A program made the position numbers and the translations under genes. 51,485 nucleotides of DNA from a bacterium (lineage in GTDB: Bacteria > DRYD01), in contig JBCNVB010000023.1 of assembly GCA_039630415.1 (NCBI GenBank), forward strand, positions 1-51,485. The letters are read 5' to 3'. Every line of letters starts with the position of its first letter. Position 1 is the first letter of the stretch. The notes below the pieces were generated by a model that had not been told where the DNA came from, made no database searches, and saw nothing but the letters and a program-made list of their open reading frames with translations. Shown one piece after another: positions 17,904-27,245 of this stretch.

Positions 17904-20144
17904 TTATTGTTGCATGTTGACATATCCTGCCATCATATTTATAGAGGTGAACATGTTGGGTTGGTTGTTGGACATTAGTTTGCCTAGAGCACCACCGATT
18001 GCTCCACCTAGTATTCCACCGGTTACTGATCCCATGATTGCTCCTAGTGGTCCGCCTGTAGCTAGTCCCATCATGAATCCCATTGCTGCTCCGGCAAAAG
18101 CTCCTCTTGCTGCTCCTGCACTTGCCGGTGTTACATCCATTAAATTCTCTCCTACAGCTTGGGAAACAAGTTGTCTTACATCTTGAGAGAGTTCTATTCT
18201 CTGAGCTATTTGTAGGTATATTTGCTTAAGAGCTTGCTTTTGTGCTTGTGCTAGCGGATTATTCTTGTTATTTAGTATGTTTTGAGCAAATTGTCTGAGT
18301 GCTTCTTCTGCTCTTTTCTTGGTGTATTGAGGTTTTCCTAGAGATCCTATTCCTCCTGCCATGGGTCCTGCTAGTCCAGCTGCAGCTGCAAGAGGGAATC
18401 CTCCTCCTAATAGACCTATATTATTTGCAAGTCCTTGTCTTTGTAGTTGCATCATAGCACCGTTCAAGAAATTCATAGCACCCATAGCAAAGAGTGGTAA
18501 TCCTATATGGGGTGCTATACCGCTTAGCATCATTCCAGCGCTCATCATACCCATGCCAACACCCATCATCATTTGGGGCATCATCATGGGTAAAGCCATC
18601 ATATCCATACCTGGCATGCCCATTCCCGGTACACCCATTCCTGGAACCCCTATTCCAGGCATACCCATACCAGGCATATCCATTCCTGGGAATCCCATAC
18701 CCGGCATGCCCATACCCGGCATACCTGCACCAGGCATACCTACGCCAGGTGTACCTGCACCAGGCATACCTGCACCAGCAACTCCTCCTCCAGGAACTCC
18801 ACCTGCTCCCCCAACTCCCTTGGGCATCTTTGGATTTTCACCTATCATTTTCAACCTTTGCATTATTGCTTTCATCAATTTTTGATTCTGTGCAATTTGA
18901 TTAAGAGTTACTTGTCTTTGTTTTTTTAGATTTGATATTCTGTTTATTAGTTTCTTATGGACGTTTTGAGCTATATTTCTAAGGTTTCGAAGATAATTTT
19001 TTCGTTTGTTCATTAATTGTTGCATTTTATTTAGATGTCCGGCTTTTCTTTGCATTAGGTTTGATTTTCTAAAGAGGGTGTTTGCTGCTTTTGAAAGTGT
19101 TTGAGCTACTTTTTTGAGTGCATTAGCAGCTGCTCTTAGAGCGGCTGCTATAGCGGCACCCACAAAAGGTATACCTTGAACTGCATTTGCTATTGCTTCC
19201 AAAGCACTAGCAGCTGCATTCATAGCATTCGATACAGTTTGCAAAGTTCTACCAACACCATTTAGTATTCTAGAGAATCCGTTGAACATTGATTCTCTTG
19301 CTCTAAATAGGTTTATTCTACTATCTGTGAATTCTTCCATTCTAGCGAATCTATTTTTATCAGCTTTTATAAACGTTAAAGCACGTTTATCACGTTGTAA
19401 TGCCAGATCGATAAGTGATAGTCTTTGATTTAGTATATTGTTCGAATGGACACACTTTCCGAGCAGTGAGTATAACTGATCGGGATCTTCCATTTTCATT
19501 ACCTGTGAAATCATATTGCTGGGTATATTTTGTAATATGTTTTGTCCACCTAGATTGTTTAAAGCTTTCACGAATGGATTATCTTCTATTTTTTCGGGTG
19601 TTAACAAAAATTTTGGAGTTATAGATAAGAATTTGAAATCACCCTGTAAGTTAGGGAATTGAGATAACAATCCCATTCCTCTGTTATATAGGGCATCTTG
19701 AGCTTCTTTGGTGGATGTAAAGTGAGAAACACCTTGGTTGAGTTGTGATTGAGCTTGTTCTTTTACTCTTTCTTTTTCAGCTTTTCTTTGTTCTGCATTT
19801 TGTTTTGCCTGAGTTAGTTTTTCTAGTTGTTGTTGCAAAGCAGCTATAAGGCCACCTACACCCTTGAGACCTGAAAGACTATTTATCATTTCCACAACTG
19901 ATCTAATTCTTTCTGCTAATTGCATAATACGATTATTTATTTCAGATAATCCTCTATCCATATTAGAAGAAACGTTTTGAGGTAAAGTTTCAATTCTATC
20001 GCCTTGATAGGATAGTTCTTCTTCTGGTCTATCTGCTTCAATATCCCTCATTACTTGCTGAACTTCAGCGCGGGAAACATCGTGAGTAGCGTGAGAATGT
20101 CCAACGTAACCAGCTCCACCTACTGAAGCAAAATTGTTTATCAT
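17904..20144 (-). CDS. Hypothetical coiled-coil protein with GxPGx pentapeptide repeats and a C-terminal glycine zipper
   Basis: 746-aa ORF with SD AGGGGGTG; long amphipathic helices, GIPFVGAAIAAAL, 13 pentapeptides and GAAMGFMMGLATGGPLGAIMGSVTGGILGGAIGGALG. Confidence 0.85.
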   Translation of the reverse strand: MINNFASVGGAGYVGHSHATHDVSRAEVQQVMRDIEADRPEEELSYQGDRIETLPQNVSSNMDRGLSEINNRIMQLAERIRSVVEMINSLSGLKGVGGLIAALQQQLEKLTQAKQNAEQRKAEKERVKEQAQSQLNQGVSHFTSTKEAQDALYNRGMGLLSQFPNLQGDFKFLSITPKFLLTPEKIEDNPFVKALNNLGGQNILQNIPSNMISQVMKMEDPDQLYSLLGKCVHSNNILNQRLSLIDLALQRDKRALTFIKADKNRFARMEEFTDSRINLFRARESMFNGFSRILNGVGRTLQTVSNAMNAAASALEAIANAVQGIPFVGAAIAAALRAAANALKKVAQTLSKAANTLFRKSNLMQRKAGHLNKMQQLMNKRKNYLRNLRNIAQNVHKKLINRISNLKKQRQVTLNQIAQNQKLMKAIMQRLKMIGENPKMPKGVGGAGGVPGGGVAGAGMPGAGTPGVGMPGAGMPGMGMPGMGFPGMDMPGMGMPGIGVPGMGVPGMGMPGMDMMALPMMMPQMMMGVGMGMMSAGMMLSGIAPHIGLPLFAMGAMNFLNGAMMQLQRQGLANNIGLLGGGFPLAAAAGLAGPMAGGIGSLGKPQYTKKRAEEALRQFAQNILNNKNNPLAQAQKQALKQIYLQIAQRIELSQDVRQLVSQAVGENLMDVTPASAGAARGAFAGAAMGFMMGLATGGPLGAIMGSVTGGILGGAIGGALGKLMSNNQPNMFTSINMMAGYVNMQQ
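18606..18800 (-). repeat. 13 x 15-bp degenerate coding repeat (GVPGG GVAGA GMPGA GTPGV GMPGA GMPGM GMPGM GFPGM DMPGM GMPGI GVPGM GVPGM GMPGM)
   Basis: 195 nt = 65 codons, read directly. Confidence 0.9.
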
Positions 20145-20196
20145 CTTTCTACACCCCCTAAACTTTTTTTTCTACTTACACTTGTATAATAATCCA

Positions 20197-20205
20197 ATTC
20201 TACCA
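20197..20205 (-). promoter_or_regulatory. Possible extended -10 promoter element (TGGTAGAAT) for the 746-aa gene
   Basis: TGnTAnAAT match about 50 bp upstream of the ATG in a divergent intergenic region; no convincing -35 element. Confidence 0.3.
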
Positions 20206-20310
20206 TAAATTAATCAAATCTTTCCTTTTTTTTACAAATTTTTAACATCAATTAAGAGAAGGACTAAGATTTTTAGCTCTAGAAGACTTATATTTGGTAG
20301 GTGTTAGAGT

Positions 20311-20646
20311 ATGCTTCCCTATAGTCCATATATTCTAAAAGGTAACATACTATTTATCTCAGGTCAACTAGGAGTAGATGAAAATAATAACCTAGTTAGT
20401 TCAGACCCTATAGAACAATTCAAAAAAGCTCTCCAAAATCTAGAAGCGATACTCCAAAAAACAGGCTTTTCTAAACAAGACGTCGTAAAAACAACTATCT
20501 TCATAACCGATGAAAACTACTTTCCAGAAATAAGTAACCTATTTTCAGAATTCTTTGGAGAAACTAAACCCACAAGAACAACAATAATAGTAAAAGCACT
20601 CCCCAAAAACGCTAAAGTAGAAATAGAGGCAATCGCAATGAAATAA
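20311..20646 (+). CDS. ridA: RidA/YjgF family enamine/imine deaminase
   Basis: PYS, LFISGQLG, VVKTTIFI, PTRT (conserved Arg) and LPKNAKVEIEAIA. Confidence 0.88.
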   Translation: MLPYSPYILKGNILFISGQLGVDENNNLVSSDPIEQFKKALQNLEAILQKTGFSKQDVVKTTIFITDENYFPEISNLFSEFFGETKPTRTTIIVKALPKNAKVEIEAIAMK

Positions 20647-20672
20647 AAACAACCATAAAAGGAGGATACACT

Positions 20673-21809
20673 ATGAAGTTTACAATAAAAACAGAATATC
20701 TTGAAAAAGCCCTGAACATGGCAAATCTTATAGTGCCCAAAAAAAGTCCTCTCCTATCTCTCGAAGGAGTCAAAATCCAATCACAAGACTCAAAAGTAGT
20801 ACTCTACACAACTGACCTAGAAAACGAATACATTGCCTCTATAGAAGCAGAGATATTCCAAGAAGGACAAACAGTAATACCAACTAAAACACTCCAACAA
20901 CTAATCTCCAAAATAGATTACCCCGAAATATCCTTCGAACTAGAGGAAAATAAGGTTATTCTAACAGCAATGACTTTCACTGCAGAATTACCAACAATAG
21001 ATCCATCAGAATACCCTGAAATGACCCTATCCACATCAGACTTCACAACCATCTTAGAAATAACACCAGAGGAATTCAAACAGGGAATAGATAGTGTAGT
21101 TTACGCTTCTACCTACCCCGATGAATCCAATCCCGTCTTTTCATCAATCCTTTTTGAAATACAAAAACAATACATAAATCTAGTAGCCACCGACGGCAGC
21201 CAACTAGCATACAAAAAATTAAACATAAAAACAAATAAAAACACAAACCTCATCATACCCATCAAAAGTATTAAAGTCATTCAAAAATATATAGATAACC
21301 CCCTTGAAATCCAAACAGACAATCAAGAATCACCTAAACTAGTTTGTTTCAAAACAAACTCCTCCTTCGGAGAAATCAGAATTGTATCCAAACTAGTAGA
21401 AGCAAATTTCCCAGAATACAAAGAAGTTATCCCAACAGAATACCAAACCTCAATAACTCTTAACAAAAAACACCTTCTAGACGCCATAAAAAGAGTTATG
21501 GTTTTAAGTAAAAGCAAAGAACTATCTGGCATAGTTATATTTCAAATACTCAAAAACAAACTTATAATCAAATCCATAGAAAGTGAACTAGGAAAAGCAA
21601 AAGAAGAAATAACCCTTTCAAACAAACAAGGTAAAGATCAACTAATATACTTCAACGGAAAGTTTATAGAAACTATGCTCAATTCAATAGATACAGATCA
21701 GATAGAAATCCACTTTATAGATGAAACTAGCCCAATGAAAGTTACTATTCCAAATGATGACAGTTTTCTATTCTTACTCATGCCAGTACGTATAACAGCT
21801 ACCGTATAA
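20673..21809 (+). CDS. dnaN: DNA polymerase III beta sliding clamp
   Basis: TTDLE, SEYP, LVATDG, SKLVEANFPEY and a C-terminal LLMPVR; 378 aa; SD AGGAGG. Confidence 0.95.
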   Translation: MKFTIKTEYLEKALNMANLIVPKKSPLLSLEGVKIQSQDSKVVLYTTDLENEYIASIEAEIFQEGQTVIPTKTLQQLISKIDYPEISFELEENKVILTAMTFTAELPTIDPSEYPEMTLSTSDFTTILEITPEEFKQGIDSVVYASTYPDESNPVFSSILFEIQKQYINLVATDGSQLAYKKLNIKTNKNTNLIIPIKSIKVIQKYIDNPLEIQTDNQESPKLVCFKTNSSFGEIRIVSKLVEANFPEYKEVIPTEYQTSITLNKKHLLDAIKRVMVLSKSKELSGIVIFQILKNKLIIKSIESELGKAKEEITLSNKQGKDQLIYFNGKFIETMLNSIDTDQIEIHFIDETSPMKVTIPNDDSFLFLLMPVRITATV

Positions 21810-21813
21810 CAAA

Positions 21814-22938
21814 TTGCTTAAAAGTACAATTATCAAAGATATTATATTAGGCTTCAATGTTATGAACCATTTTTCCTTTTTCTCTTCCCTCTACCTTTTT
21901 TTACCCATAATCACTCAACAAATGAAACTACCCAATAATTACATAGGTATAATAGGTTTCTTTTTTTCCCTTGGATCAGTACTATCAGGTTTTTCTTTCT
22001 CAAACATAGTACAACGATCAAAAAATAAACAAAAAATACTTAATATAATCATCATCGTAAATATTTTCCTACTACTTTTACTAATTACTATTGAAAATCC
22101 AATACTTTTCATGCTAGCAGTTTTTATAATAGGTTATCTAAGTCCATCATTGATTGGAACCAATATATCAGAGTCAAAAAATAAAGGATTAACCGTTAGT
22201 ATATCTTCACTTGGATTTATTATGGGTTATCTAGTAGGAGGTATGGTAGGAAACTTTAAAACTATGCTATTAGTTATAGCTATTCAATTTGCCTTATCCT
22301 TACTACTTTCTTATAGATTTTGTCTGTTTTCAAATAATATACAAGAAACAAATTCTACCTTGGATGCATTCTCTATACTTAAAAAAAATTGGTACATTTA
22401 TTTGGGATTATTTTTAAGACACACGGGAGCAGCCAGTATATGGCTCTACCTATCATACATTCTCATAAATAACTATAACCTAAATCTTACACAAATAGGA
22501 ATACTTCATGCAATCAACATTTTCATCCAAACAATCTCCAATCCACTAGTTTACAGATTTATTACACCCAAAAATACTCTTAACTTCATAGCAATTGGAT
22601 ATGTCCTATCATCAACCTATTTCGTCTGCTTTATCTTATCCAAAAACTTTATATTTCTTTCTTTTTTACAGGTCATACTTGGTCTATCATTCACAGTTTT
22701 ATACCTAGCTAATATAGAATATCTTTCTAACAAGAATGAAGAAAAAATAACTTCATTAGCACTCTTATCATCCACTTTCTCTATGTCTAATTTAGTTGGA
22801 GCATTGATATCTTCTTATATCATAAAGTACGGTTATGTTTTACTTTTCATAAATGGGTTTGTTTTGTCTTTAGCAAGTTTGCTGATAATACTTCTCGCAA
22901 AAAAAATAGATCGTCATCAAGATCAATATCAATTGTAA
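21814..22938 (+). CDS. MFS transporter
   Basis: About 12 hydrophobic helices in two halves; TTG start 4 bp after dnaN. Confidence 0.8.
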   Translation: MLKSTIIKDIILGFNVMNHFSFFSSLYLFLPIITQQMKLPNNYIGIIGFFFSLGSVLSGFSFSNIVQRSKNKQKILNIIIIVNIFLLLLLITIENPILFMLAVFIIGYLSPSLIGTNISESKNKGLTVSISSLGFIMGYLVGGMVGNFKTMLLVIAIQFALSLLLSYRFCLFSNNIQETNSTLDAFSILKKNWYIYLGLFLRHTGAASIWLYLSYILINNYNLNLTQIGILHAINIFIQTISNPLVYRFITPKNTLNFIAIGYVLSSTYFVCFILSKNFIFLSFLQVILGLSFTVLYLANIEYLSNKNEEKITSLALLSSTFSMSNLVGALISSYIIKYGYVLLFINGFVLSLASLLIILLAKKIDRHQDQYQL

Positions 22939-23234
22939 ATAGCCCCTCTTACTTATCAGAAAGTTTCAAAAGATATTCAGCTTTTGGAGAACATATAATA
23001 GACTGACCTATGAAAGTTAGTTGATCTTTATCACATAGAACTCATGCATAATACTTCCCGTAAAAAAGATAAATCATCATCAAGATTATTGAATTTTGTA
23101 ATTTGATTATCAATTTTTTCCAGATCAATATCAATCGTAAATAGTCCCTCTTGTTTATCAGAAAGCTTCAAAAGATATTCAGCCTTTGGAGAGCATATAA
23201 CTGACTGACCTATGAAAGTTAGTTGATCTTTATC
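22885..23234. repeat. Diverged direct duplication of the nitrilase 3' end (copy A 22885-23032, copy B 23048-23234)
   Basis: 22920-23032 vs 23122-23234 match at 104/113 by manual count; 22885-22923 vs 23048-23086 match at 34/39. Copy A lacks 39 bp present in copy B. Confidence 0.9.
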
Positions 23235-23846
23235 GCTTTGCTCATGTCCTATTCTATTAGCGGTGATAGTGTAGAGTTTGTTTTCTAAGGCTCTAATAGG
23301 CATTGCTAGGGGGCAGTAGGGTAAAACTAAGTTCGCCGGATGAGCTATAATTTTTGCACCCTTTAATCTTAATACTCTGCTTACTTCCGGGAAAAACCAA
23401 TCAAAACAAATCATTACACCTAGCTTGAAAGATTGTCCACAAAATTCAATATCAAAGGTTTCGATCAAATTTCCGGGACTAAAAACAAACTTCTCTTTAT
23501 AAAAAAGATTAATTTTTCTGTATTTACCGACGAATCCAGAAGGGCTAATTACTACCGCTGAATTATACAATTCTTCATTGTATTTTTCTGCAATACCAGC
23601 TACTATTAACAAATTATTTCTTTTAGACAGATTAGATAAAATCTCTACAAATTTTCCATTAGGAATAGTCTCAGCAAGATCGAATAATTCACTTTTATCT
23701 TCAAACAAATATCCCGTAGTGCATAGCTCAGGTAAAACAATTAAACAATCCCTAGCTTCAGATAAGTAGTTTTCTATTACCTGATAGTTTCTTTCAGGGT
23801 TTTTATATACTGGATTAAACTGCAAAACTCCAACCTTTAACTTCAT
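23031..23846 (-). CDS. Carbon-nitrogen hydrolase (nitrilase superfamily)
   Basis: Catalytic triad VLPE / YRK / ICFD. The start is moved from 23903 to ATG 23846 (MKLKVGVLQF), which has an SD GGAGGGG and an ATGA overlap with the pilD stop. Confidence 0.92.
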   Translation of the reverse strand: MKLKVGVLQFNPVYKNPERNYQVIENYLSEARDCLIVLPELCTTGYLFEDKSELFDLAETIPNGKFVEILSNLSKRNNLLIVAGIAEKYNEELYNSAVVISPSGFVGKYRKINLFYKEKFVFSPGNLIETFDIEFCGQSFKLGVMICFDWFFPEVSRVLRLKGAKIIAHPANLVLPYCPLAMPIRALENKLYTITANRIGHEQSDKDQLTFIGQSVICSPKAEYLLKLSDKQEGLFTIDIDLEKIDNQITKFNNLDDDLSFLREVLCMSSM

Positions 23847-24769
23847 AATTCCCCTCCAACAAAGGCCTCTATTATAAAACCGGAAAGAAACATAGAAGTC
23901 CACATACCCAATACCATATATGGTCCAAAGGCAATATAACTACTTTTTAACTCATCTATTTCGTTTATGTATATATAAGCCCTAACAATTGAACTTAGAT
24001 AATCACTAGAAAAATTAAGGTTATTTAGAGAGCTTAATAATTTTAGTTTTTTTCTTGTTTTTATTCTTTTGATAGCCATAATAATTAGTCCAAAAAGCGA
24101 TCCGTATATGAAGGATAAGAAGAATGCAATAACAGATGAAGATAATCCCAAAAAAGCTCCTATGGTACAAGCAAATTTCAAATCTCCCAGCCCAATACCT
24201 TCTTTTCTAAATACAATAAATGAAACAACGTATATTCCTCCAAATATCATAATTCCCACTACTATACCTAAAAAGCTGTCTACAAGTCCATTACTGATAA
24301 AAAGATTACTTTCAGGCATCTTAAAAGTGTAAAATATACTTACAATAAGTCCCAAAATAGCTCCACCAATCGAGAGTTCATCCGGTATTATCCTATATTT
24401 GTAGTCAATCACTAAGATAGGCAAACTTATAGTATACAAAAGAACCAAGATCATAAAATCCCAACTCAATCCAAACTTCATGTAAAAAAATAAAAAAGAT
24501 ACAGCAGTTATAAATTCAACTATGGGGTATTGAATACTAATTTCTCCTTTACAGTAAGCACATCTACCTCTAAGATACAGGTAACTTAGTATTGGTATAT
24601 TATGGTACCATTTTATAGGAGTTTTGCATTTGGGACAAAAACTTGGCTTAAACACCACATCCATTTCCAAAGGTAACCGGTATATCAATACATTGATAAA
24701 ACTACCAATTATAGAACCAAAGATAAAGGCCGCTATGTAAAACCAAATTGGACTTATATTCTCAATCAT
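23843..24769 (-). CDS. pilD: Type IV prepilin peptidase (A24)
   Basis: GSFINVLIYRLP, two CxxC pairs (CPKC, CAYC), IDYKYRIIPD, GLGDLK and AFGPY. Confidence 0.95.
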   Translation of the reverse strand: MIENISPIWFYIAAFIFGSIIGSFINVLIYRLPLEMDVVFKPSFCPKCKTPIKWYHNIPILSYLYLRGRCAYCKGEISIQYPIVEFITAVSFLFFYMKFGLSWDFMILVLLYTISLPILVIDYKYRIIPDELSIGGAILGLIVSIFYTFKMPESNLFISNGLVDSFLGIVVGIMIFGGIYVVSFIVFRKEGIGLGDLKFACTIGAFLGLSSSVIAFFLSFIYGSLFGLIIMAIKRIKTRKKLKLLSSLNNLNFSSDYLSSIVRAYIYINEIDELKSSYIAFGPYMVLGMWTSMFLSGFIIEAFVGGEL

Positions 24770-25749
24770 TTCTCCTTTTCTAGGACCTTCTTGAAATCCA
24801 AATTATACAAATCCATTTCCACCGCTTTCCTTAGGAAAAATATGTAATTTTTAGTTTTTGCTTTATCATGCTTCTTTAGAATGGTGTAAAGTATGAAATA
24901 GCTGTAAGGTTTGTAAGGAAATCTGGAGATGTTATATAAGCAGTTTCTAGCAGCTTCCTCATCTTTTGAATTATACACCATATCGAGTATGTTAGCTAAC
25001 TCGTATTGATAGTCCGAAGTATTGTATTTTTTGTTTTGCTCTATCCAGTATTTTGTACTTTTACCAGCTCTATAACTGATCCACATTATCTGAAAATATA
25101 ATTCATTTAAGACGTTTCTATTCTGTGAAACTTGCTTAAAAATTACGGGATTCTCAATGATTTGTTGCAAAAGATTTAAAGACTGATCGAAATCATGAAG
25201 CTGATAATAGTACCATGAGATTAACATTTTTGATTTATATTTATCTTGAACTTTTCTGGCTATTTCAAAAGCTTGGTCTATGTTCCCCCTTTTCCATTCT
25301 AGCATAGATATAGATATGTAGCAATCAGTAAACTTTGGATTGTGATATATGCAGTTATCATATTCCTTCATAGCTTGATCGACTTTTCCCATTTCTTCCA
25401 AAACTTTAGCTCTTATATAGTGATAGTAGTAAAAACCATTAAGCCTTTTAGAAAGTAAATCAAGTATATCCAAACATTCTTGATACTTTGCTTGATTTCT
25501 TTTCTGTAGTGGCTGCTTCTGAACATAGTGAAGAATAATAATCACTTTTGCAAACAGAGCATCAGGATTATTTGGATCATTTTTTAGCACTTCATAAACT
25601 AGTTTCTCAGCTTCATATATATTACCCTTAGAAATTTCCAAATATATCTTTTCTTTTATATTGTCTTTGGCAAAGATAAACAAAGTTAGTAAAATGCTTA
25701 CGATGATTAACAAAATATATGGTAATAGCCAAACTTTAAATTTACGCAC
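24766..25749 (-). CDS. Membrane-anchored TPR protein
   Basis: N-terminal TM helix; TPR units such as RAKVLEEMGKVDQAMKEYDNCIYHNP. Confidence 0.8.
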   Translation of the reverse strand: MRKFKVWLLPYILLIIVSILLTLFIFAKDNIKEKIYLEISKGNIYEAEKLVYEVLKNDPNNPDALFAKVIIILHYVQKQPLQKRNQAKYQECLDILDLLSKRLNGFYYYHYIRAKVLEEMGKVDQAMKEYDNCIYHNPKFTDCYISISMLEWKRGNIDQAFEIARKVQDKYKSKMLISWYYYQLHDFDQSLNLLQQIIENPVIFKQVSQNRNVLNELYFQIMWISYRAGKSTKYWIEQNKKYNTSDYQYELANILDMVYNSKDEEAARNCLYNISRFPYKPYSYFILYTILKKHDKAKTKNYIFFLRKAVEMDLYNLDFKKVLEKEK

Positions 25750-27241
25750 TAGCTAAACTCATCGATATTAAATAAATTACATTAAGTGCAAAACCAGGGA
25801 AAATTCCCATAAACAGTATTAGAAAGCTCAACATATAACTACCAAAAGTAGGTAAAAAGTTTTTCTGACTATTTTGAGTTTCCAAAGAATGTTCCTGTTG
25901 AATATTTTTTTCAAGATACATCACATGAGCTATCCTATAATAGAAATATAACGATGCAACACTCATTATTATACCAATCCAAACCAAAATTGGTGCGTAT
26001 GAATATGAATATGAAAATAGATAAAACTTGGCGATAAATCCAGGTGTTGGAGGCAGCCCTGCTAATGAAAGTAATGAAACTATCATAAAGAAGCTATATA
26101 CAGGCTTATTACTTAAAAAGCCTTTTAATTGATCCAAACTTAACTCATCCACTTTCTCCTCTATTCCTACCAGAATACTAACAAATAGAATAGTTGACAA
26201 AACATATTGAAAAATGTAAAAATAAATGATTGACAACGCTTGAAAATCAAACACTATTACCTTTTCAATACTTGTCATTGAAACCAAAGGTATCAACATA
26301 TATCCTATATTTGATATCGTCGAAAAGGCTAAAATTCTTTTGATGTTGTTAGAAGTGAGAGCAAAAAAAGTTCCCATTATCATTGATAAAGCACTAAATA
26401 CAACTATGGCTTTAGGAACAAAATCATAAATTGAAATCAGCTTTATCAAAAACAAAGCAACCGCTATTTTGGGTAATGTGGATATTATTAACAAGTAAGG
26501 TGTTCTACTACCTTCATACGCGTCTTGAATCCATAAAGATAATGGAAAAGCAGCTAACTTAATTAATATGCCAACTATTAAAAAGGCATATCCAATAAGT
26601 AAACCATTATACCTAAATATATTGACATCCTTATCAAAATAAAGTGAACCCGTATAAATGTAGAACAACAATATTGAAATTATTATACTTATTGTAGCTA
26701 ATGAACCTATGAGAAAGTACTTTATACTACCTTCCAGAGCTTTGGGATTCTTATTATCCATTGCTATCATAAAATATGAAGGTATTGCAACTAATTCAAA
26801 ACCTATCAAAAATGTAAGAAAGTCACTAGCAGAAATTAGGACAAAACATCCCAATATCACCATAAAGTATAGTGGTAAAGTATCGGGTCTAAAGTACCTA
26901 TGCCTATACTCTTCTTTCCCTTTGCTAAAGTAGTTACTCAAAATAACACCAATAAATAGACCTATCATACTCAAAACCAATTTACTTATTACTTCAAAAA
27001 CTCCATTACTGTATATTACCACCTTTCCTATACTTAGGTCCAGAGTATCTATAGTATCACCATAGTAAAAACCAAAGATTTGTAAAACACAGGATAAAAC
27101 AAGAATAATAAGCGAAAATAAAAATATATTGTATAGTGTATACAACTCATCTTTGTTCTTATACAATGCCACTGTTCCCAGTAAGAAAAGAATGTTTATA
27201 AATAACCATGTTTCTGGCAATAGTCTGTATATCCACTCCAT
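25742..27241 (-). CDS. nuoN: NADH-quinone oxidoreductase subunit N
   Basis: LLPE, FELVAIPSY, ALEGSIKYFLIGS, IKRILAFSTISNIGY and LSLAGLPPTPGFIAKF. Confidence 0.92.
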   Translation of the reverse strand: MEWIYRLLPETWLFINILFLLGTVALYKNKDELYTLYNIFLFSLIILVLSCVLQIFGFYYGDTIDTLDLSIGKVVIYSNGVFEVISKLVLSMIGLFIGVILSNYFSKGKEEYRHRYFRPDTLPLYFMVILGCFVLISASDFLTFLIGFELVAIPSYFMIAMDNKNPKALEGSIKYFLIGSLATISIIISILLFYIYTGSLYFDKDVNIFRYNGLLIGYAFLIVGILIKLAAFPLSLWIQDAYEGSRTPYLLIISTLPKIAVALFLIKLISIYDFVPKAIVVFSALSMIMGTFFALTSNNIKRILAFSTISNIGYMLIPLVSMTSIEKVIVFDFQALSIIYFYIFQYVLSTILFVSILVGIEEKVDELSLDQLKGFLSNKPVYSFFMIVSLLSLAGLPPTPGFIAKFYLFSYSYSYAPILVWIGIIMSVASLYFYYRIAHVMYLEKNIQQEHSLETQNSQKNFLPTFGSYMLSFLILFMGIFPGFALNVIYLISMSLASA

Positions 27242-27245
27242 ATTT

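Noticed and set aside
17650..18904. Long + strand ORFs (178, 174 and 136 aa) including GIPIP repeats
   Set aside because: They are antisense to the 746-aa and 236-aa genes. The repeats are simply the reverse complement of the GxPGx codons, and I saw no independent evidence of coding.
17904..20144. Prophage tape-measure gene
   Set aside because: The Ala-rich IPFVG helix is reminiscent of one, but there are no tail, capsid or terminase genes nearby, and the GxPGx array and glycine zipper do not fit.
20145..20672. Replication origin near dnaN
   Set aside because: No dnaA gene and no cluster of TTATCCACA-like boxes seen in the neighbouring intergenic DNA.
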